A stretch of 31,168 nt of DNA from Solirubrobacteraceae bacterium (GTDB lineage: Bacteria; Actinomycetota; Thermoleophilia; Solirubrobacterales; Solirubrobacteraceae): contig JBBJOB010000001.1 in assembly GCA_037721455.1 (NCBI GenBank), positions 1-31,168 of the forward strand, read 5' to 3'. Position 1 is the stretch's first letter. Each line of letters starts with the position of its first letter. Below are positions 1 through 8,199 of this stretch, in pieces. The position numbers and the translations under genes are program-made. The notes below the pieces were generated by a model that made no database searches, was not told the DNA's origin, and saw only the letters and a program-made list of their open reading frames with translations.

Positions 1-100
1 GCCGTCCTCCCGGAAGGTCCGAACTTGAGAGGACCGAAGGCGAAAGCCGTCCTCCCGGAAGGTCCGAACTTGAGAGGACCGAAGGCGAAAGCCGTCCTCC
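1..100. repeat. 45-bp tandem repeat (2 full copies + 10 bp), self-complementary unit
   Basis: gccgtcctcccggaaggtccgaacttgagaggaccgaaggcgaaa occurs at 1-45 and 46-90, then gccgtcctcc at 91-100. The period of 45 keeps the reading frame (AVLPEGPNLRGPKAK). It may extend left of the window. Confidence 0.95.
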
Positions 101-1560
101 TGGGGGTGCTGGGCGCCATCGCCATCGCCCCTCCGGCGGGCGCGGCCGAGCTGCTCGTCCTCGAGCGTGACGGGGCGGTCACCGTGCGCGAGGACCCGTT
201 CCTGCCCGCTGCGCAGCCCGAGCCCCAGGCGCGCGCGTCCCGCCCCGACCGTGGCGGTGCCAAGCCGCGCGCGCGAGCGGCGGAGACGAAGCGAACCGTG
301 CGCGGCGAGCTGCGCCGGCTGGAATCCGCGGGGAACCTGAGCAGCGCCGAGCACGACCGCTACCGCGGGCAGTACGATCGCGCCGAGGAGACCGTCCGGC
401 GCCTGGAGGGCGCGCGGCGGGCGAACCTCGGCGCGGTGATCGACACGCTCGAGGATCTCACCGCCCGCGGGCGGCTGGCCTCCTCGCGCGCGCCCGTGCT
501 CTTCGAGACGCTCGAGCGCAACCGCCAGTGGTGGACCGAGGGGACGCTCATCCCCTCCGGACGGCGCGTGAGCTTCGCGGGCAGCGAGCTGGTCTGGCAG
601 CACTACGGCGGCGAGGGCCTGCAGATCCAGTGGCTGGGCACCTTCGGGCGGGCCAACGCCCTGTTCTCGGGCCGCGAGTACGACGCTCGGCTGCGCTCGC
701 TGCTGGCGGAGGCGGCGCCGCTGGCAACGGTACGCGCGGGCGGGCTGGGCTGGGAGTCGCTCTTCGCGTTCGGCGACGGTAAGCCGCCGTGGGTTAGCGG
801 GCTGACCCAGGGCACCGCGGCGCAGGCCTACTCGCGTGGCGCGATCCGCCTCCAGGACGGCGCGTTCATGACCGTCGGGCGCGAGGCGCTGGGCGTTTTC
901 GGCCGCCGGGCGCCCGTCGGCGTGTGGGGCGGCACGAGCACCCACGCCCACTACCTCCAGTACTCCTACGATGGCGACCTGCGCATCTACAACGGCTTCG
1001 TCCAGGCGCTCAACGGCATCTACGACTTCGCCAAGTTCGCCAACGACGACCCCGCACGGGCGCTCTTCGCCCGCGGCGAGGCGCAACTGCGCCGGGCGCT
1101 GGAGCGCGGGGACCTCGACACCGGCGGCTGGTCGCGCTACTCCAACCGCCGCGACAGCTCGCTGCACTACCACGGCGTGCTGCGCGACTTCCTGCGCGGC
1201 CTGTGCCAGCGCCTGGGCGAGGGCCGCGTGGCCGCCGACCCCGCGCCCTACTGTGCGCTGGCCGAGCGCTTCACGGCCGACCTCACCCGTCCTCCCGTGA
1301 TCGACCTGCGCTCACGCGCCGCGACCGGCGGGCGGCCCAAGGCGATCACCTTCACCGCCGACAAGCCCGTCACGGTGACCATGACCGTCGCCCGCGGCAG
1401 CGATGTCGTCGAGCGCGTCACGCGCTCGGTGCGCGCCGGGCGCCCGCAGGTCACCTGGGACGAGCCCCGGCGCGAGGGCACCTACACCGTGACGCTGGCG
1501 ACCACCGACCCGGCGGGCAACCGCGCGACGGAGCGGGGCGAGCTCCGAGTCAGCAGGTAA
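25..1560 (+). CDS. Secreted protein with a D-glucuronyl C5-epimerase C-terminal-like domain and a C-terminal Ig-like domain
   Basis: Signal-peptide-like MRGPKAKAVLLGVLGAIAIAPPAGA (alternative TTG start at 70). Motifs SGLTQG, YLQYS, IYNGFVQALNGIYDF, DTGGWSRY and HYHGVL resemble the C5-epimerase C-terminal family. The beta-rich tail reads GTYTVTLATTDPAGN. Confidence 0.6.
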   Translation: MRGPKAKAVLPEGPNLRGPKAKAVLLGVLGAIAIAPPAGAAELLVLERDGAVTVREDPFLPAAQPEPQARASRPDRGGAKPRARAAETKRTVRGELRRLESAGNLSSAEHDRYRGQYDRAEETVRRLEGARRANLGAVIDTLEDLTARGRLASSRAPVLFETLERNRQWWTEGTLIPSGRRVSFAGSELVWQHYGGEGLQIQWLGTFGRANALFSGREYDARLRSLLAEAAPLATVRAGGLGWESLFAFGDGKPPWVSGLTQGTAAQAYSRGAIRLQDGAFMTVGREALGVFGRRAPVGVWGGTSTHAHYLQYSYDGDLRIYNGFVQALNGIYDFAKFANDDPARALFARGEAQLRRALERGDLDTGGWSRYSNRRDSSLHYHGVLRDFLRGLCQRLGEGRVAADPAPYCALAERFTADLTRPPVIDLRSRAATGGRPKAITFTADKPVTVTMTVARGSDVVERVTRSVRAGRPQVTWDEPRREGTYTVTLATTDPAGNRATERGELRVSR

Positions 1561-1605
1561 TCACGTTCGCCGAGCCCTCCCCCACGCCCGCAGGCAGCGC
1601 GGGCC

Positions 1606-2548
1606 TCAGCTCACCCCGTCCGGGCCCTGGGCCTCCGCCGGCAGCCGGCGCTCCGCGCGCAGCGTCCCCGCCTTGACCTCGCGCTCCAGCTCCTCCACGG
1701 CGCTGCGCAGGGCGGCGAGGCGGTCGATGACCGCCACCTCGATGTCATCGGCGGTCTCCGGCGATGCCGCAGCCGCGGCCCGCCGTTCGCTCATCTCGCG
1801 GGCGGCCTCGATGTCGCGGGCCTCCTCCATGGAGTTGATGACCACGCCGATGAGGATGTTGAGCAGCAGGAAGGCAGCGATCAGGACGAACGAGATGTAG
1901 TAGATGGTCGTCCAGGCCGAGAGGGCGAGGCCGTCGGCGACCATGTCGGGAAGCCCCTCGAGCGAGAGCAGCACGAAGAGGGTGAGCATCGCGGAGCCCA
2001 GCGTCCCGTAGGCCTCCGGGTTGTGATCGTCGAAGATGACCCAGCCGACCATGCCGTAGACGTAGAGCATGAGCACGGCCAGGACCCCGAGGCTGGCCAC
2101 GCCGGGCAGCGAGCGGCCCACCGCGACGGTGAGGACGCGCAGGTCGGGCAGCAGGCGCACGACGCGCACGATGCCGCGCCAGGCGCGCGAGACGCAGCAG
2201 CGTGGCGTTCTCGCGCAGCCCGGGCAGGAACGCGGCGGTGACCACCACGAAGTCGAACACGTTCCAGCCGCCGCGGAAGAAGTCCTGCGGCCGCCGTCCG
2301 TAGGCGGCGATGCGTATGGCCAGCTCGACCACGAAGATCGACAGGAAGACGGTGTCGACCGCGCCGAGCACCGCGCCGAGGTCGCGCTCCACGCCGTCGT
2401 AGGTCTCCAGGCCCAGCACGACGGCGTTGGCGAGGATCACCGCGAAGATCGCGATGTCGAAGCGCTTGGACTCCACCAGCCTCGCGCACGCCCGCACCAC
2501 CGCCGAGCGCTGGTCGCGGTGGACCGGGTCGTCGACGGCGACGGACAT
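1606..2548 (-). pseudogene. Bacterial voltage-gated Na+ channel-like ion transporter (BacNav/NaChBac family), split by a +1 frameshift at about 2173
   Basis: The 5' ORF encodes S1-S3 (FDIAIFAVILANAVVLGLET...FVVELAIRI...GWNVFDFVVV) and the start of S4. The 3' ORF encodes the rest of S4, S5, the pore (TLFVLLSLEGLPD), S6 (LLLNILIGVVINSM) and a coiled-coil tail. Removing one base in cgg-c-atc gives one 313-aa ORF. Confidence 0.85.
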
Positions 2549-2557
2549 CGCGACGGA

Positions 2558-2571
2558 AGGCTACGTAGGAT
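2558..2571. promoter_or_regulatory. Back-to-back -10-like hexamers for the divergent channel and ArsA genes
   Basis: TAGCCT on the - strand (2563-2558) is 9 nt before ATG 2548. TAGGAT on the + strand (2566-2571) is 9 nt before GTG 2581. They flank the TACGTA palindrome. Confidence 0.45.
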
Positions 2572-2580
2572 CGGTCGCCC

Positions 2581-3786
2581 GTGACCCCGAGAACCATCCT
2601 CTACACCGGCAAGGGCGGCGTGGGCAAGACGTCGGTCGCGGCCGCCACCGCGCGACGCTGCGCGGCGGCCGGCCTGCGCACGGTGGTCCTGTCCACCGAC
2701 CCGGCCCACTCCCTGGGCGACGTGCTCGAGGCTTCGCTGGGCGCCCGGCCGACCTTGGTGGGCGAGCACCTGTGGGCCCAGCAGGTCAGCGCCCAGGAGG
2801 AGATGGAGCGCAACTGGGCCGCGGTCCAGGAGTGGCTGGGCGAGATGCTGCTCGAGCGCGGGGTCAACCGCATCAGCGCCGAGGAGCTCGCGGTGCCGCC
2901 GGGCATGGACGAGCTGTTCAGCCTGCTGCAGCTCAAGGCCCACCACGAGGCCGGCGCGTGGGACGTCGTGGTGGTCGACTGCGCGCCCACCGGGGAGACG
3001 CTGCGCCTGCTTTCCTTCCCCGAGGTCGCGCGCTGGTGGCTGGAGAGGGTCTTCCCACAGCAGAACCGCCTCATGGACGCCGCCCGGCCGTTCGCCCGCG
3101 CGCTGCTGGACGTGCAGCTCCCCGGCGAGGCCGTGCTCGAAGAGGTCAACCGCCTGGTACGCAACCTGATCGCCATGCACGAGATCCTGCGCGACACCAG
3201 CCGGGTCTCCATCCGCCTGGTCATGAACCCCGACCGGGTCGTGATCGACGAGGCGCGGCGGACGTTCACCTACCTCAACCTCTACGGGTACCTGACCGAC
3301 GCGGTGGTGGTCAACCGGATCTTCCCCGCCGAGGTGGGCGCCTACTTCGGCGCCTGGCGCGAGCGCCAGCAGGCCCACCTGCGCGAGGTCGAGGAAGCCT
3401 TCGCGCCGGTGCCCGTGCTGCGTGCGCCCTACTTCGAGACCGAGGTGCGTGGTGCGGCCATGCTCGACCGCCTCGGCGACGCCGTGTTCGCGACCGGGCG
3501 CGCGGAGGCCGTGCTCCACGACCGGGTGTCGGAGCGCCTGGAGGTCGGCGAGCGCGAGGCCACGCTGCACCTCGAGCTGCCCTTCGTGCAGCGCGGGGAC
3601 GTCGCGCTCAAGAAGATCGGCCTCGAGCTCATCGTGCGCGTGGACGGCCAGAAGCGCACGATGCTCCTCCCGCCCGGGCTGGCCGACTTCAGCCCCGTCG
3701 GGGCATCCCTGTGCGACGGTGGGCTGACCGTGCGCTTCACGACGACGACGGCGGCACAGGCCCCGGAGGAGGCCGCGCGTGTCTGA
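2581..3786 (+). CDS. ArsA/Get3-family ATPase with a C-terminal HSP20-like domain
   Basis: GKGGVGKT Walker A, STDPAHSL, PPGMDEL, DCAPTGET and VVNR motifs. The C-terminal beta-rich LHLELPFV...LIVRVDGQKRTMLLP segment is typical of the ArsA_HSP20 extension. Confidence 0.9.
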   Translation: MTPRTILYTGKGGVGKTSVAAATARRCAAAGLRTVVLSTDPAHSLGDVLEASLGARPTLVGEHLWAQQVSAQEEMERNWAAVQEWLGEMLLERGVNRISAEELAVPPGMDELFSLLQLKAHHEAGAWDVVVVDCAPTGETLRLLSFPEVARWWLERVFPQQNRLMDAARPFARALLDVQLPGEAVLEEVNRLVRNLIAMHEILRDTSRVSIRLVMNPDRVVIDEARRTFTYLNLYGYLTDAVVVNRIFPAEVGAYFGAWRERQQAHLREVEEAFAPVPVLRAPYFETEVRGAAMLDRLGDAVFATGRAEAVLHDRVSERLEVGEREATLHLELPFVQRGDVALKKIGLELIVRVDGQKRTMLLPPGLADFSPVGASLCDGGLTVRFTTTTAAQAPEEAARV

Positions 3787-4129
3787 GGCCGCCGCCCAGG
3801 ACGGGCTCGCCGAGCTGCGCGAGCGTCTGCGCGCGACCGCGGCGGCGGCCGAGCGCCTGGTCGACGAGGCCGCGGCGCAGGGACCGGGGGGCGCCGACGT
3901 GCCCCGCGCGGCCGACGAGGCCAACCAGGAGCTGCGCGCGCTGGTCTCGCTGGTGGAGCTGCTGCGCGACCTTCTGCCCGCCGAGCTGCGCGACGAGCTG
4001 GCCAAGGTGGTGCGCCAGATCCTGCTGCTGCTGCGGGCGGTCATCGACTGGTGGGTCGCCCGGCTGGAGAGCGACGAGCACGTCGCCCCGCCGGAGCCGG
4101 TGCGCGTCGAGGACATCCCGCTGTCGTGA
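3779..4129 (+). CDS. Small helical hypothetical protein overlapping the ArsA-like gene
   Basis: The GTG start overlaps the end of the ArsA-like gene. Codon usage is GC-typical, with amphipathic helices (LVSLVELLRDLL...ILLLLRAVIDWW). Confidence 0.75.
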   Translation: MSEAAAQDGLAELRERLRATAAAAERLVDEAAAQGPGGADVPRAADEANQELRALVSLVELLRDLLPAELRDELAKVVRQILLLLRAVIDWWVARLESDEHVAPPEPVRVEDIPLS

Positions 4130-4148
4130 GAACGCGCGACGCCCGTCT

Positions 4149-4166
4149 GCGCCCCCCACGGGGCGC
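4149..4166 (+). terminator. GC-rich hairpin after the ArsA operon
   Basis: gcgcccc-ccac-ggggcgc forms a 7-bp stem 20 nt after the stop at 4129. There is no U-tract. Confidence 0.3.
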
Positions 4167-4195
4167 CCTCCGCCCGCCTACGTAGAATCCCGCCC

Positions 4196-4648
4196 ATGGT
4201 CACCTGGGTCCTGACGGGGTCGCCGGAGAACTTCGCCGCCACGCGCGAGCACGGCTTCGCGGTCATCGGGCTCAAGGAGGGCCGGCGCTCGTTCGCCGAG
4301 CAGATCGAGCCCGGCGACCGGATCGTCTTCTACCTGACCAAGGTCGGTGCCTTCGGGGCGGCCGTGCGGGTGACGGGCGCGCTGTTCGAGGACCGCTCCA
4401 AGGTGTGGCCCGGCAAGCCAGGCAAGGCCGATCCCTATCCGTGGCGCTTCCCCACCGAGCCCGAGGTGGTGCTCGAGGAGGACGACTGGGTGCCCGCGCA
4501 GCGGCTCAAGGACGACCTCGCCCACGTGGCCAAGTGGCCGCCGGAGCACTGGAAGCTGGCCTTCCAGGGCCAGATCCGCAAGGTCTCCGACAGCGACGCG
4601 GCGCTGCTCCTTGACCGCCTGCGCGCCGCCGGCGGCGTCGCCGCCTGA
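4196..4648 (+). CDS. EVE domain (PUA-like) protein
   Basis: TWVLTGSPENF...IEPGDRIVFY pattern with a C-terminal FQGQIRKVS. TAGAAT lies 7 nt upstream, consistent with a leaderless start. Confidence 0.8.
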   Translation: MVTWVLTGSPENFAATREHGFAVIGLKEGRRSFAEQIEPGDRIVFYLTKVGAFGAAVRVTGALFEDRSKVWPGKPGKADPYPWRFPTEPEVVLEEDDWVPAQRLKDDLAHVAKWPPEHWKLAFQGQIRKVSDSDAALLLDRLRAAGGVAA

Positions 4649-4659
4649 GCGGACCCGCT

Positions 4660-5436
4660 GTGGCCGGCGGCTCCGATCAGCGCTCGCTCCCCACGCGGGC
4701 GGCCCGGGCGGCGGGCAACGGCGCTCGGCGCACCGCGCGCGCCTGGCGCGGCCTGGACCGCGACCGGCGCGTCGCAACCGTCGCCGCGCTGGCCGTCCTG
4801 GCCACGATGTTCCTGCCCTGGTACCAGCGCGATACCACGGCGTTCGTCGACGGCCGGCCCGTGAGCGCGAGCCAGAACCTCAACGCCTTCCAGGTCTTCA
4901 CCTTCGTGGAGGCGGCGACCCTGCTGGTCATCGCGGCGCTGTTGGCACTGTTCTTCGCTCGCGCCGAGCAGCGCGACTTTCACCTGCCCGCACGCGACGG
5001 GACGCTGGTCTGCGCCGCCGGCGTGTGGATCTGCCTGCTCATCTTCTACCGCCAGCTCGACCAGCCCGAGCCGCTGGCCGGCGCGCAGGCCTCGGCCTCG
5101 GTCGGGGTCAACTGGGGGATCTTCCTGGCCTTCCTGGCCGCGATCGTGCTCGCCGCGGTGGGCTTTCGCATGCGCGTGGCCGAGCAGGGCGAGCACCAGC
5201 CGCCCGTGGTGCGCGACGCGCGCGGTGGTGCCACGCCGCCCGCCCGCGACGACGCCACGCCGCCCACCGGCGGCGGTGCGACGCCGCCCACCCGCACCGC
5301 GGCCACGCACACGGCGCCCGCGCGCGGCGATTCCGACCAGGACGCCACGCACCAGCTCTCCTTCGACGACCCCGAGGACCCGCCCGCCGCGCCTCCGCGC
5401 CCGGGCGAGGTGCCCTCCGCGCGCGACCGGCGCTGA
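4660..5436 (+). CDS. Multi-pass (about 4 TM) membrane protein with a Pro/Thr-rich disordered tail
   Basis: Hydrophobic segments, an FLPWY motif and three ATPP repeats in the tail. The start is uncertain. Confidence 0.7.
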   Translation: MAGGSDQRSLPTRAARAAGNGARRTARAWRGLDRDRRVATVAALAVLATMFLPWYQRDTTAFVDGRPVSASQNLNAFQVFTFVEAATLLVIAALLALFFARAEQRDFHLPARDGTLVCAAGVWICLLIFYRQLDQPEPLAGAQASASVGVNWGIFLAFLAAIVLAAVGFRMRVAEQGEHQPPVVRDARGGATPPARDDATPPTGGGATPPTRTAATHTAPARGDSDQDATHQLSFDDPEDPPAAPPRPGEVPSARDRR

Positions 5437-5466
5437 CGCGGCGCCGAGTTGCGTACCCTGCACGGC

Positions 5467-6882
5467 GTGAGGCGCCTCCTGGTCCCGTTCCTCGCGGCCC
5501 TCGCCGCTGCACTCGCGGTCCCGTCCGCGGCCTCGGCCGTCGTCGGCGGGCAGAACGCCGGCCCCTACCCGGCCATGGTCGCGCTCTACGCCGACGACAG
5601 CTTCCGCTGCGGCGCGACGCTGATCGCACCCGAGTTCGTCCTGACCGCCGCCCACTGCGTGGAGGGCGTCCCGCCCAGCGAGCTCGAGCTCGCCATCGGG
5701 CGCCAGAACCTGCGCGACGCCTCCTCGGGCGAGGTCATCCCAGCGGAGCAGATCACCGTCCACGAGAACTACGGCGAGCCGGCGCCCTCCAGCAACGACA
5801 TCGCGGTGGTGCGTCTGGCCCGTGCCTCGACGCGTCCGCCGATGGCGCTGCTGCCCCCCGGCCAGCAGACGCGCTGGTCCGCCGGCCGCCAGGCCACGGT
5901 CATCGGCTGGGGCGCCCAGCTACCGATCGTGGGCATGGGCACCGACCAGCTCCGGGAGACGCGGGTCCCGATGGTCTCGGATGGGAGTTGCGCGAACTCC
6001 TACGGCCGCTCGTTCGACGCGCAGACCATGGTGTGCGCGGGCCGGCTGTTGGGCGACTCCTGCCAGGGCGACTCGGGCGGGCCGCTTATGGTGCCCGACG
6101 CCACCGGCCGCCTGGCCCAGGTCGGCGTCGTCTCCTTCGGCTTCGCCTGCGGCCTGCCGGGCTCGCCGGGCGTGTACGCCCGCGTGGCCGACACCCCGCT
6201 GTACGGCTGGATCGCCGCGCGGGTGCCGCTGGTCACGCCGGCGGGCGCTCCCGGCGCGGGGGCCGCGGCTGAGCGCCACCCCTCCAAGCTGGGCATCAGC
6301 CGCGCCGACGTCGAGCGGTCCGACCGCGTGCTCGACGTGCTCGCGCCGATCACCGGGCGCGCCTCGGGGAGCGTGGCCGTGGAGCTCCATGCCGCCGGAC
6401 GGCGCGAGCGCTTCGACGCCCCCGTCGACGGCGCGGACCGGCGCATCCGCTTCCGCGAGGGCATCCCCGCCTCGCAGGCCCGCCAGGGCACGGGGATCAT
6501 CACGCTCACCTACCCCGGCGACGAGGACACCCGCCCGCAGGAACTACGGCTGCGCGCCGCCAACCGCCGCGCCCGACTCGACCTCGACCGGCCCACCCTG
6601 CAGGACGGCCGCCTGCGTGCGAACGGCACCGTCACCAGCCGCGCCTCGGGCGTCGTGCGCGTGTCGATCAGCTACGTCCACGCCGGCGAGGCCTTCACCG
6701 TCGAGCGCAAGGCGCGCATCGACGACGGTCGCTGGTCGCTCAACACACTCCTCCCCGAGGCCGACCGCGCCCGCATCGCCGCGCGCACGGGCTCCGTGCA
6801 CTCCACCACCGCCTTCACCGGCGACTTCGGGGAGCGCATCCGCGGCGAGGCGCAGTCCTTCCGGGTCCTCCCGAGGCCGTAG
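5467..6882 (+). CDS. Secreted trypsin-like (S1) serine protease with an uncharacterised C-terminal domain
   Basis: LTAAHC, DIAVVRL and GDSGGP catalytic triad motifs. Signal peptide MRRLLVPFLAALAAALAVPSAASA is followed by VVGG. TACCCT 7 nt upstream supports the GTG 5467 start. Confidence 0.92.
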   Translation: MRRLLVPFLAALAAALAVPSAASAVVGGQNAGPYPAMVALYADDSFRCGATLIAPEFVLTAAHCVEGVPPSELELAIGRQNLRDASSGEVIPAEQITVHENYGEPAPSSNDIAVVRLARASTRPPMALLPPGQQTRWSAGRQATVIGWGAQLPIVGMGTDQLRETRVPMVSDGSCANSYGRSFDAQTMVCAGRLLGDSCQGDSGGPLMVPDATGRLAQVGVVSFGFACGLPGSPGVYARVADTPLYGWIAARVPLVTPAGAPGAGAAAERHPSKLGISRADVERSDRVLDVLAPITGRASGSVAVELHAAGRRERFDAPVDGADRRIRFREGIPASQARQGTGIITLTYPGDEDTRPQELRLRAANRRARLDLDRPTLQDGRLRANGTVTSRASGVVRVSISYVHAGEAFTVERKARIDDGRWSLNTLLPEADRARIAARTGSVHSTTAFTGDFGERIRGEAQSFRVLPRP

Positions 6883-6889
6883 CGCCCGC

Positions 6890-7549
6890 TCAGCGGTCCG
6901 CGCCGCGCAGGCGGTCCCAGGCAGCGCCGAGCATGACGAAGAGGGGTGACGGGAGGTCGGTGGCCTCGACGGTGACCTGCGCGTCGTGGGGGCCCTCGTT
7001 ACGGATCTGGTCGGCGAGCGCGTTGGCGCGCTGCTCGTCAAGCGCGCCGACGAGGACCCAGTGACCGCGGCGACGCAGGTCCAGACCCTCGCCCTCGAGA
7101 CGGTGGGCCAGCTCGGCGGCCTCGTCGCGGCCGGGCGCCTCGACGCGCACCTCCCAGTCGTAGGCGCCGCGGCGGCGGGCGTCCTCGCGCTCGTGCTCGA
7201 GCAGGCGAGCGCGCTCCAGAGCCTCCTCCTCGGGCCCCTCGGGCAGCGGCTCGTCGGCCGGCCGCCACGCCTGCTCGACGGGGTGCCAGCGGGTCAGCGA
7301 CACGGTGGCCGGCAGGTGCTCGTCGACCACGACCTGGCGCACGACGCGCTCGGCCTCGCGGGCGCCCGCGGGTGTGTCGGCGTAAAGGGTGAGGAACTCC
7401 CCGGCGCGCGTGACCGCCACGTCGCGGCCCAGGCGACCGCGGCTGATGTCGCTGACGGCCAGATCGCGCAGCCGCTCGCCCACCGCGTAGCCGTGCTCGG
7501 GATCGTCGAGCTCGACCTCGACGCGCCACTCGTCGTGGTGGTCGGTCAC
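6890..7549 (-). CDS. Hypothetical protein, translationally coupled to Uma2
   Basis: GTG at 7549 overlaps the Uma2 TGA (GTGA overlap). The sequence shows an internal duplication (DEWRVEVEL / YDWEVRVEA) and a hydrophobic C-terminus. Confidence 0.7.
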   Translation of the reverse strand: MTDHHDEWRVEVELDDPEHGYAVGERLRDLAVSDISRGRLGRDVAVTRAGEFLTLYADTPAGAREAERVVRQVVVDEHLPATVSLTRWHPVEQAWRPADEPLPEGPEEEALERARLLEHEREDARRRGAYDWEVRVEAPGRDEAAELAHRLEGEGLDLRRRGHWVLVGALDEQRANALADQIRNEGPHDAQVTVEATDLPSPLFVMLGAAWDRLRGADR

Positions 7550-8109
7550 CGCGTGGGAAAGATGTCGGCGACGGGCAGGGCGAAGCCTGGCAGCAACGGC
7601 GAGGCCAGCGTGTCGCCGGCGGCGAGCTCCAGGCTCACGTCGTACACCGCCGCCTGCGGTGTCGAGCGCCGGAAGACCAGGATCTCGCTCGCCGCCGTGT
7701 CGACGAGCCACAGCTCCGGCAGGCCGTGGCGCTCGTAGGCGGTCTTCTTGGCGCCGACGTCGTAGCGCCAGGTCGAGGGAGATCGGATCTCCACGGCGAT
7801 GTCCGGGAGGGAATACGGCGGGTCATCGTCATGTCCGAGCGCGCGCTCGGAGCGGTACCAGAGGACATCGGGGGCATAGACGTTGACGTCATCGAGCGAG
7901 ACGTCGATGGGCAGGGTTACATGGCCACGGCCCTTGCCGGCGTCCCTCCAGAGGCGCAGCGCCATGTAGAGGTCGGCCAGCACGTTCTGGTGCAGTTGGC
8001 GCGGCTGGGGCATGACCACCTCACCCTCGACGAGGTTCGTCCCTCGCGGCCCGTCCCAGGCCAGGTACTCGTCCGCGGTCATGCGCTGCGCGACAGTCAT
8101 CGCGTTCAT
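7546..8109 (-). CDS. Uma2 (DUF820) PD-(D/E)XK family endonuclease
   Basis: MTADEYL, YAPDVL, PDIAVEIRSPST, KKTAYERHGLPELWLVD and SPLLPGF motifs. GGAGG lies about 10 nt upstream of ATG 8109. Confidence 0.9.
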   Translation of the reverse strand: MNAMTVAQRMTADEYLAWDGPRGTNLVEGEVVMPQPRQLHQNVLADLYMALRLWRDAGKGRGHVTLPIDVSLDDVNVYAPDVLWYRSERALGHDDDPPYSLPDIAVEIRSPSTWRYDVGAKKTAYERHGLPELWLVDTAASEILVFRRSTPQAAVYDVSLELAAGDTLASPLLPGFALPVADIFPTR

Positions 8110-8199
8110 CGTAGTGAAGCCTCCAGGTGGCATCCATTGCCCTCACTTAGGCGCGGGATGTGCCATGTTCGCCCCCTCAGTCCTCGAAGCGCGCTCGGG

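Noticed and set aside
20-70. Hammerhead ribozyme in the 45-bp repeat (cttgaga-ggacc...ggtcc-gaa)
   Set aside because: The core would need CUGANGA and GAAA. The sequence has CUUGAGA and GAAC, and there are no clear stems I and III.
1-100. CRISPR array at either window end (also 31002-31099)
   Set aside because: The units are directly tandem with no unique spacers, and there are no cas genes.
2173-2175. Programmed ribosomal frameshift in the channel gene
   Set aside because: There is no slippery heptamer or obvious stimulator. A one-base insertion or read error is simpler.
2581-3786. Arsenic-resistance operon
   Set aside because: There is no arsB, acr3, arsC, arsD or arsR, and the protein is a single-domain, Cys-poor ATPase with an HSP20-like tail.
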